Below are positions 15,965-21,682 of a stretch of DNA of 30,556 nucleotides, piece after piece. Numbering within the stretch: position 1 is the stretch's first letter; each line of letters begins with the position of its first letter. This DNA is from a virus (taxonomy: Duplodnaviria > Caudoviricetes). The translations under genes were made by a program, and so were the position numbers. The notes beneath the pieces are model-generated. The model made no database searches. It was not told where the DNA came from and saw only the letters and a program-made list of their open reading frames with translations. Location: positions 1 through 30,556 of IMG/VR virus record IMGVR_UViG_3300024500_000078; one strand, 5' to 3'.

Positions 15965-16684
15965 TCATTTTTTACTCGCAGAAAATCTAATATCAGCCTT
16001 ATTAAATACACACAATCCACATGACACACATGCGCTGCCATTAGTTGAAATCAATGGAATTTGTTTATTATTTTCAGGACACTTAGCACCGACCTTGCCA
16101 GTTAATTCTTTCATAACGCTTTCGGTGACAGCAAACGTTTTGCCTAAGTATGCAAGACGGACATTATGCAAATCACGCAATGCGCCTGCAATTTCTTTAT
16201 TCTCATCGTCGGTAGAAAAATAAAGAGACAGATTAGGAATGTCAATTAGAATTGGTACAGCAGAATAAACACGTGTATAAACCCAAAATTGAACATCCGC
16301 ATGACGATTAATTACAGTCTTCCACGCATATGCGTAGGTATCTGAAAAGAAATCTCCGTCCCAATGGATACGGAATAATTTTTCTGCAGACTTTTTATCA
16401 CAATCTTTTTTAAAATCAACAATCATTTCATCCAGAAGAGAAACCATAGTTTCAACATCTGCATTCTTAAGTAATTCCCAATTGTGTAAGAGGACCGCTC
16501 TTACTCCCTTGTATACTCTTTCAAGTTTTCCTGCATAGCAAACGCTTTCACAAACACTAGTGGCACCAGGACACGAGAAATCTTTTCCAGCAGGTAATCC
16601 GAAGGTGTTGGCAATTGTTGGGGTTTTTCCATTTTTTGAGACGGCATTAGCGACCTTTCTATCGTTAGAACGTTTTAATTTCAT
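15965..16684 (-). CDS. GP88-family protein (mycobacteriophage gene product 88-like; Cys-rich)
   Basis: FGLPAG..SCPGATSVCESVCYA, FRIHWDGDF, FWVYTR, CP...CVSCGLC; start revised to 16684 after AACGAAAGG. Confidence 0.8.
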   Translation of the reverse strand: MKLKRSNDRKVANAVSKNGKTPTIANTFGLPAGKDFSCPGATSVCESVCYAGKLERVYKGVRAVLLHNWELLKNADVETMVSLLDEMIVDFKKDCDKKSAEKLFRIHWDGDFFSDTYAYAWKTVINRHADVQFWVYTRVYSAVPILIDIPNLSLYFSTDDENKEIAGALRDLHNVRLAYLGKTFAVTESVMKELTGKVGAKCPENNKQIPLISTNGSACVSCGLCVFNKADIRFSASKK

Positions 16685-16708
16685 GAGAGACCTTTCGTTA
16701 GAGGGCCC

Positions 16709-16730
16709 ATTATACACGGGCCCACCGACA
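16709..16730 (-). promoter_or_regulatory. PafBC-type promoter motif 9
   Basis: TGTCGG-TGGGCCCGTG-TATAAT. Confidence 0.85.
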
Positions 16731-16731
16731 T

Positions 16732-17229
16732 TTACCAAGAGGAATTGTAATAAAAGGACAATTTGTCGAAATCGGACAATTTGAACACCCGATCAAGTTT
16801 CTTGATAGTGTCCTTGATATCTTGCCAATACCATTCATCAATATCGGTATTGCCAAAGAAAAATCCACCTTGTGGCGGCAGCAAACTAGGGTCCTTAGCG
16901 AATAAGGCTTGACGGCAGGTTTCCCTTAATTCCTTTAATTTATCGTGTGATACATAGTATTCGCCACAATTATCTTCACCATTTTGTACATTATCTACAA
17001 ACCATTTGTGTATTTGATTAGACTTACGCCAATAAGCACAAGTAACTTCAACATTTACGCCATAAATATCTGTAGCAACATCTGACATTTGAGAGGTAGA
17101 AACAATATCTTTCCATAGAGGATTAATTGCTTCAGGACTATCATAAGACAAGTCTTGATTTTCTTGTAGGACCTGCCAATTTACTTTTTCCACATATTTC
17201 TTAGCGTGGAGATACATATCTAAACCCAT
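16732..17229 (-). CDS. Conserved phage hypothetical protein
   Basis: MGLDMYL...YWRKSNQIHKWF...LLPPQGGFFFG...YNSSW family pattern. Confidence 0.85.
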   Translation of the reverse strand: MGLDMYLHAKKYVEKVNWQVLQENQDLSYDSPEAINPLWKDIVSTSQMSDVATDIYGVNVEVTCAYWRKSNQIHKWFVDNVQNGEDNCGEYYVSHDKLKELRETCRQALFAKDPSLLPPQGGFFFGNTDIDEWYWQDIKDTIKKLDRVFKLSDFDKLSFYYNSSW

Positions 17230-17259
17230 AGTTATTTCCTTTCGTTGGGATACGCAGCA

Positions 17260-17281
17260 ATTATAGCGTAAAAGGCTGACA
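17260..17281 (-). promoter_or_regulatory. PafBC-type promoter motif 10
   Basis: TGTCAG-CCTTTTACGC-TATAAT. Confidence 0.8.
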
Positions 17282-17308
17282 TTTTCAGCGACACGCCGTC
17301 AAAATTCC

Positions 17309-17324
17309 TGTGATAAATCTCACA
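17309..17324. promoter_or_regulatory. CRP/GlxR-type site
   Basis: TGTGA-TAAATC-TCACA. Confidence 0.7.
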
Positions 17325-17380
17325 TCTACTTAACGACACGCCCGACCCCGCAGCTACTGCGGGCTTAGTTGAAATTTCAA

Positions 17381-17527
17381 CTAATCCCAATTCATAGTTT
17401 TACCAACAGCGGTTTTTTTATGTTTTTGTTTTCGCTTGTAAATTTTTTTACTAGGAATTGGAGTTGCGGCATTTGATCTCCGCAATTCCAAAACTTTTTT
17501 TATTCTTTCTTTATTTGGTAATTTCAT
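17381..17527 (-). CDS. Small very basic protein
   Basis: 48 aa, MKLPNKERIKKVLELRRSNAATPIPSKKIYKRKQKHKK...; AAAGGA RBS. Confidence 0.7.
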   Translation of the reverse strand: MKLPNKERIKKVLELRRSNAATPIPSKKIYKRKQKHKKTAVGKTMNWD

Positions 17528-17545
17528 TTTCTGTCCTTTTTTTAT

Positions 17546-17734
17546 TTAGTTACTGAAATTTGGAATTTTGTAATTTGAAGCCGAATAAAATTTAGTGGCG
17601 TCAAATCTTTCGTTATCTCTTGCGAACATCTCCGCAAAATCTACAACCATTTTAGAAAAAACGGCTGGGTGAGTTTTATCTGAAACATACCGCAGAATTT
17701 CTGCGGTAGCAACATAGTCTTTTCTTGTCATCAT
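17546..17734 (-). CDS. Small conserved phage protein
   Basis: MTRKDYVATAEIL...DNERFDATKF. Confidence 0.75.
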   Translation of the reverse strand: MMTRKDYVATAEILRYVSDKTHPAVFSKMVVDFAEMFARDNERFDATKFYSASNYKIPNFSN

Positions 17735-17943
17735 TATTTTTCAACCACCCTTCTACCTTCACGATAGAAAATTTTTGTGTAGCATTTTCCGCTAGGTGTA
17801 AATAAATTTACAGTTGAGTATTCGTTAGCAAATCCCCAATCAACATACTTAGCAAATTCTTTGTGTGCTTGTAGTTCATCTGAATATTGAAAAACATAAT
17901 CAGGGGTTTTGCTTTCATCATAGGTTACAGTTATTTTATACAT
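17734..17943 (-). CDS. Hypothetical protein
   Basis: 69 aa; GGAGG RBS. Confidence 0.75.
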   Translation of the reverse strand: MYKITVTYDESKTPDYVFQYSDELQAHKEFAKYVDWGFANEYSTVNLFTPSGKCYTKIFYREGRRVVEK

Positions 17944-18140
17944 TAGTTAGCCTCCGCAGTTTCAAATAGAGTTCCTGTATCAACTACGCTTTTATCATAG
18001 TCAAGAATTATTTTGTATGGATTACATTCGCAATACTCAAAATCATAGTCGCCGTCAGGTGATACCCAACCCGATACGCCTTGTCCATAGCACTCATCAC
18101 AATTTAGAATTGTGTCAATTAGTTCTGTTGTTGTTTTCAT
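17943..18140 (-). CDS. Small zinc-binding protein
   Basis: CDECYGQG...CEC. Confidence 0.75.
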   Translation of the reverse strand: MKTTTELIDTILNCDECYGQGVSGWVSPDGDYDFEYCECNPYKIILDYDKSVVDTGTLFETAEAN

Positions 18141-18142
18141 TT

Positions 18143-18265
18143 TTAGTTTTCCTTTCGTTCTGTTGTTGGAATTGTAGCAGTTAGCACCGACAAGGCTTCA
18201 GCCTTGCTTGCTTCACGCTGAGAGATAACATAAGACTTGAAGTCTTCGAGAGAATTGAATTTCAT
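18143..18265 (-). CDS. Small peptide (40 aa)
   Basis: MKFNSLEDFKSYVISQREASKAEALSVLTATIPTTERKEN; AACGAAAGGAAA RBS; the 3' half also encodes the next promoter and RBS. Confidence 0.65.
   Translation of the reverse strand: MKFNSLEDFKSYVISQREASKAEALSVLTATIPTTERKEN
18171..18192 (-). promoter_or_regulatory. PafBC-type promoter motif 11
   Basis: TGTCGG-TGCTAACTGC-TACAAT. Confidence 0.8.
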
Positions 18266-18292
18266 TAGTTTTCCTTTCGTTTAGTTGATTAG

Positions 18293-18314
18293 ATTATAGC
18301 GGAAGCCACCGACA
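18293..18314 (-). promoter_or_regulatory. PafBC-type promoter motif 12
   Basis: TGTCGG-TGGCTTCCGC-TATAAT. Confidence 0.85.
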
Positions 18315-18315
18315 T

Positions 18316-18531
18316 TTAGTAGTCGGTAAGCCTCACAGCGACAGTAGCCCATTGGTCTTGAATTGACCCTGTTGGGCGGTAGCGAATAGCAAAGTGTTCC
18401 CAACCCTCTGGCGGATAAGTATCCTCACGCTTTTCAGCAAAGTTTATAATTCCACCATTGAAACGGCGGGATAATGAAGTAGGCGCATAGTATTGGTCTA
18501 CTAGTAAATCTACAATTGAATAACTTCTCAT
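18316..18531 (-). CDS. Small beta-rich hypothetical protein
   Basis: 71 aa; similar to 19773-19970. Confidence 0.75.
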   Translation of the reverse strand: MRSYSIVDLLVDQYYAPTSLSRRFNGGIINFAEKREDTYPPEGWEHFAIRYRPTGSIQDQWATVAVRLTDY

Positions 18532-18625
18532 TAGTTTTCCTTTCTTTAGGTTGGCAATTTTACCAAAATTTTACGGGCTTTACAAATCCAAATCGGATTT
18601 TCTCAAATTTTGAGACGCTTAGCCT

Positions 18626-18641
18626 TGTGAGAAATCTCACA
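18626..18641. promoter_or_regulatory. CRP/GlxR-type site
   Basis: TGTGA-GAAATC-TCACA, upstream of a TTGTAA-N17-TAAAAT promoter (about 18557-18585, minus strand). Confidence 0.7.
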
Positions 18642-18759
18642 AAGCTCCCTCTTGAAATAAGCCAATTTCAAGGTTTAGCAATTCTTCAGGCGTAGCCTCG
18701 CTGAGATCAACCCAGCCAGCACCTTGTTCATCTAATCTAAAAATTTCAATGTAACCCAT
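18637..18759 (-). CDS. Small acidic peptide (40 aa)
   Basis: MGYIEIFRLDEQGAGWVDLSEATPEELLNLEIGLFQEGAL; GAAAGGA RBS. Confidence 0.7.
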   Translation of the reverse strand: MGYIEIFRLDEQGAGWVDLSEATPEELLNLEIGLFQEGAL

Positions 18760-18777
18760 TATTAGTTATCCTTTCTA

Positions 18778-18984
18778 TTAGTATCCAATAATTTCTTCAC
18801 CATAGTATTCTATGGCTTCAGGTAATCTCATCATACCTTTGTATTCTTTACATCTTGGGCAAAAACTATTCCACCCATCTGTCATTATTGAGCAAAATAC
18901 GCAAATTTTATCCATAGCGCATAAGCCTTTTTCTTCGATAATGTCGAAAGCATTTACTTTATTATTTTTATTTAGTGTAGTCAT
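18778..18984 (-). CDS. Small zinc-ribbon protein
   Basis: CVFC...CPRC; start revised to 18984 after GAAAGGTGG. Confidence 0.75.
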   Translation of the reverse strand: MTTLNKNNKVNAFDIIEEKGLCAMDKICVFCSIMTDGWNSFCPRCKEYKGMMRLPEAIEYYGEEIIGY

Positions 18985-19021
18985 TTTAGACCACCTTTCT
19001 TTTTTACTATCTAATAACTGA

Positions 19022-19043
19022 AGTATAACAGGGGGGTCTGACA
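19022..19043 (-). promoter_or_regulatory. PafBC-type promoter motif 13
   Basis: TGTCAG-ACCCCCCTGT-TATACT. Confidence 0.8.
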
Positions 19044-19082
19044 TTTACTGACCAGTAATGCCACAAATCGGACATTTTGTTT

Positions 19083-19098
19083 TGTGATAAATCTCACA
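19083..19098. promoter_or_regulatory. CRP/GlxR-type site
   Basis: TGTGA-TAAATC-TCACA. Confidence 0.7.
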
Positions 19099-19214
19099 TT
19101 TTTCGGGGTTTTCCGTGAATCTACTTAAATCGGACATAACGGTACAAATCGCCCGCAAAAGACTGCGGGCAGCTGCCGATTTTGTCAAATCGACACGCCG
19201 ATCCGTTTTGTGTT

Positions 19215-19367
19215 TTAGAACACACGCTTTCTGCGCTTGTAAATCTTGTAAGCAATAACGCCCACTACTACTAACGCCATACCTAGGGGAGAGAGGTAGA
19301 AATCAAATTGGGCGGTTTCAAAAGCAAGCCCATCGCTAGTGATATCTATTACTAAGTATCTATCCAT
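19215..19367 (-). CDS. Small single-pass membrane protein
   Basis: 50 aa, ...LSPLGMALVVVGVIAYKIYKRRKRVF (TM segment plus basic tail); GGAG RBS. Confidence 0.7.
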   Translation of the reverse strand: MDRYLVIDITSDGLAFETAQFDFYLSPLGMALVVVGVIAYKIYKRRKRVF

Positions 19368-19373
19368 TTTTAT

Positions 19374-19496
19374 TTACTCCATTTCCAAATCAAAATCAAA
19401 ATCATCATCAAAATCATTATTGAATTCGTGTTCATCGCCCCACACCTTTGGTGTGATAGGCTCTAAATCTGCCTGTATTGTATCCCATTTAGTCAT
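19374..19496 (-). CDS. Small highly acidic peptide (40 aa)
   Basis: MTKWDTIQAD...EFNNDFDDDFDFDLEME; TAATG-coupled. Confidence 0.65.
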   Translation of the reverse strand: MTKWDTIQADLEPITPKVWGDEHEFNNDFDDDFDFDLEME

Positions 19497-19621
19497 TAGT
19501 TATTTTCCTCTCTTACGCAATCGCAAGCGTCAATGGTGTAGTCATTGTTATCGCCATAGAATAGATAGCCTACTCCGTGGCAAGCCTTACAATCAAATTT
19601 TAGTGTTTGATACATTTTCAT
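19496..19621 (-). CDS. Small zinc-binding peptide (41 aa)
   Basis: CKACHGVG...CDC; AACGAAAGGA RBS; paralog of 17943-18140. Confidence 0.7.
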   Translation of the reverse strand: MKMYQTLKFDCKACHGVGYLFYGDNNDYTIDACDCVREENN

Positions 19622-19649
19622 TTAGTTTATCCTTTCGTTAGTTGAGGTC

Positions 19650-19691
19650 TTATTTGCTAGGCTCACCCTTTCGGTTTATTTGCTAGGCTCA
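19650..19691 (-). repeat. 16-bp direct repeat in a 5' leader
   Basis: TGAGCCTAGCAAATAA at 19650-19665 and 19676-19691. Confidence 0.8.
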
Positions 19692-19715
19692 TACCTCTTA
19701 TTTAGTTATAGTGGA

Positions 19716-19737
19716 ATACTATCCGATAGCACCGACA
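19716..19737 (-). promoter_or_regulatory. PafBC-type promoter motif 14
   Basis: TGTCGG-TGCTATCGGA-TAGTAT. Confidence 0.8.
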
Positions 19738-19765
19738 TTTTCAAGCCGACACGCTAGGGTGTAGG

Positions 19766-19781
19766 TGTGAGGTTAGTCACA
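19766..19781. promoter_or_regulatory. CRP/GlxR-type site
   Basis: TGTGA-GGTTAG-TCACA. Confidence 0.65.
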
Positions 19782-19970
19782 CGCTACGGCTACGCTGCGA
19801 TAGGTGTAGCCACCTGTATTCTTGCGTATCTCTACTAGATACGCCTCAGCGTTTTCATACCATACGGCATGAGGGTGTTTCTCAGCCGATACGATTTCGC
19901 CCTCTACGGAACGGCTACGATAAGGCTTTCCTACTAGTAGGGACTGGACATTGTATAAGTTAGCGGACAT
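19773..19970 (-). CDS. Small beta-rich hypothetical protein
   Basis: 65 aa; GAGAGGT RBS. Confidence 0.75.
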   Translation of the reverse strand: MSANLYNVQSLLVGKPYRSRSVEGEIVSAEKHPHAVWYENAEAYLVEIRKNTGGYTYRSVAVACD

Positions 19971-19998
19971 TTGCTACCTCTTTCTTTCTAATACGGGA

Positions 19999-20020
19999 AT
20001 AATAACACAAGGGAGCGACA
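19999..20020 (-). promoter_or_regulatory. PafBC-type promoter motif 15
   Basis: TGTCGC-TCCCTTGTGT-TATTAT. Confidence 0.7.
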
Positions 20021-20048
20021 TTATCAAGACGACACGCCGCATAGGGTG

Positions 20049-20064
20049 TGTGATTTACTTCACA
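20049..20064. promoter_or_regulatory. CRP/GlxR-type site
   Basis: TGTGA-TTTACT-TCACA. Confidence 0.65.
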
Positions 20065-20174
20065 CCCTTAGCATGAGCAAGTTGCTCAGCATAGTCGGGG
20101 TCTGATACTGAATCAGCACCAAACTCTAGATAAATATCTAGATAGATTTCGTCATAGTAATCATTGTAGTCCAT
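20055..20174 (-). CDS. Small Asp/Tyr-rich peptide (39 aa)
   Basis: MDYNDYYDEIYLDIYLEFGADSVSDPDYAEQLAHAKGVK; GAAAGG RBS; first gene of the minus block. Confidence 0.7.
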   Translation of the reverse strand: MDYNDYYDEIYLDIYLEFGADSVSDPDYAEQLAHAKGVK

Positions 20175-20209
20175 AGTTAGACCAACCTTTCTTTATCTTG
20201 ATACCTAGT

Positions 20210-20231
20210 ATCCTACCATAGGGGTCTGACA
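20210..20231 (-). promoter_or_regulatory. PafBC-type promoter motif 16
   Basis: TGTCAG-ACCCCTATGG-TAGGAT. Confidence 0.75.
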
Positions 20232-20269
20232 TTTTGGGGTGTTTTTCGGGCGTGTCGCAAAACTATTTT

Positions 20270-20285
20270 TGTGAATTGCATCACA
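20270..20285. promoter_or_regulatory. CRP/GlxR-type site
   Basis: TGTGA-ATTGCA-TCACA. Confidence 0.7.
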
Positions 20286-20369
20286 TGGGCGCACTATCCG
20301 TTTTGTCCGATTTGTATAAAAACTCGTATCATACAAATTAAAATTATATTAACATTTTCAAAAAACGAA

Positions 20370-20398
20370 TTGACCTGCTCAACTGAAAATGCTATTAT
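20370..20398 (+). promoter_or_regulatory. SigA-type promoter, probably giving a leaderless mRNA
   Basis: TTGACC-N17-TATTAT, with an ATG 7 nt downstream (20406). Confidence 0.6.
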
Positions 20399-20405
20399 GT
20401 CCTAT

Positions 20406-21155
20406 ATGAAAAAAGATCCGCTTATTGTATATTGGGCTCCATTAACTTCCCCAGAATCAGATTTTTACGGGGAATGGAACATGATGTATCCTGAACCTAA
20501 TTTACTTATGCATGAGCTTATGGAAAAAAGAAATCGGGATGAAAGAAATAATCGTGGATTTTTACAATGTCCTGCAGCTACAGGAAGATTTAAACATACA
20601 TATGTTTTTAGAACTGGAATGGGGTCAGAAGTAGACTTTGATTTTACAAATCCATATGATCCAAAATTAGAAATTACTGGAAAGACTTCTGTAGGATTTA
20701 AAATTGAAAGACCTTCAGCATTTACGGAGGGCGGATCAATATCATTTAATCAGGGATTTCTTTTCTTTGCAGAAGAACCTACAATTGGAGTATTTAGTCC
20801 ACCAATGATGCATGAACCTGGATATACAAAATATGGGACCTTAATTCCAGGTAGCTTTGATATTTCTCAATGGTTTAGACCTATGAATATAGAAATACAG
20901 ACCTGGAAAACTAAAGGTAAAATTATTATTGAAGAAAATGAACCTTTATTTTATTTTGAAGTTTTAACAGATAGAGAAGTAATACTTAAAAGATTTAGAT
21001 GTAATAAAAACTTAGTTAAATATGCTGATGCTTGTGCACAAGCTCCTGCATATTATGGAAAACATTTACCACTTACTAAAAGATATGAAAAGTTTAAGCA
21101 ATCTAAAATGAATTCAATAGTCTTAAACGAAATTAAAAATAATCTAGTCGACTAG
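20406..21155 (+). CDS. Conserved phage hypothetical protein (distantly similar to 2790-3500)
   Basis: FLQCPA, IPGSFDISQWFRP, EPLFY; start revised from 20271. Confidence 0.7.
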   Translation: MKKDPLIVYWAPLTSPESDFYGEWNMMYPEPNLLMHELMEKRNRDERNNRGFLQCPAATGRFKHTYVFRTGMGSEVDFDFTNPYDPKLEITGKTSVGFKIERPSAFTEGGSISFNQGFLFFAEEPTIGVFSPPMMHEPGYTKYGTLIPGSFDISQWFRPMNIEIQTWKTKGKIIIEENEPLFYFEVLTDREVILKRFRCNKNLVKYADACAQAPAYYGKHLPLTKRYEKFKQSKMNSIVLNEIKNNLVD

Positions 21156-21161
21156 GATATA

Positions 21162-21269
21162 ATGGCATCTCACAGAGTAGTAATTTGCGAAATATGTGGG
21201 CGGGAAATAGAAGTAAGATCTGGCTTTGCCCATGAAACACTAAATAGACATATGAAGGAACATAAGTGA
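21162..21269 (+). CDS. C2H2-type zinc-finger peptide (35 aa)
   Basis: MASHRVVICEICGREIEVRSGFAHETLNRHMKEHK; AGGA RBS; GTGA overlap with the next gene. Confidence 0.65.
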   Translation: MASHRVVICEICGREIEVRSGFAHETLNRHMKEHK

Positions 21270-21469
21270 AAGAACAAGCTCCACAATGGGTCATAGAAAG
21301 GCTAGAAGCCTATTTACACAATTGTTTAAATGTAGAGGGTAGTAAGTGTTACACCTGGTGGAAACATGATGAATGTTTAGCTTTAGGAATTATTCTATAT
21401 GATTTTACAGGTGATGATAAATACGCCAATGAAGATATGATTTTTGCATATAAAAGAAGCAAATTGTAA
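21266..21469 (+). CDS. Hypothetical protein
   Basis: 67 aa; AAGGA RBS. Confidence 0.65.
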   Translation: MKEQAPQWVIERLEAYLHNCLNVEGSKCYTWWKHDECLALGIILYDFTGDDKYANEDMIFAYKRSKL

Positions 21470-21599
21470 AAAATTATTTTTTTCTTAATTTTAACTTATT
21501 AATTAGTCGACTAAAAATATTCTCACGCTTAGGTAAAGCGTAATGCTTTACATAGCGTAATTCTGAAAAATATCTTCTAGGCATAATATAATTTTATCA

Positions 21600-21682
21600 C
21601 AAAAAAGCGAAAATCCCTTCGGAGGCGGATCCTAGGGGATTTTCTAATGAATGGGAGAATGGTGGTTCTCAACCAAACACTC
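21600..21682 (-). ncRNA. Candidate small RNA
   Basis: TTGACT-N17-TATTAT promoter (21688-21716), then about 80 nt with no ORF, ending in a GAAAATCCC/GGGATTTTC stem and T6. Confidence 0.45.

Noticed and set aside
15763-16041. 92-aa minus-strand ORF
   Set aside because: Overlaps the GP88 3' end and crosses the palindrome/DnaA/CRP regulatory module; no RBS.
19339-19641. 100-aa plus-strand ORF with SKSKSKS
   Set aside because: A shadow of three RBS-supported minus-strand mini-genes.
9209-20231. Repeats as a CRISPR array or integron attC array
   Set aside because: Spacing is irregular (about 0.1-2.5 kb), the intervening DNA is genes, only TGTC and the -10 are conserved, and there are no cas or integrase genes or GTTRRRY cores.
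7750-20290. LexA/SOS boxes controlling the early block
   Set aside because: No TCGAAC-N4-GTTCGA-type sites seen by eye in the intergenic regions.
20271-20405. N-terminal extension of the 294-aa ORF
   Set aside because: It runs through a CRP site and a SigA promoter with no RBS; the ATG at 20406 fits better.
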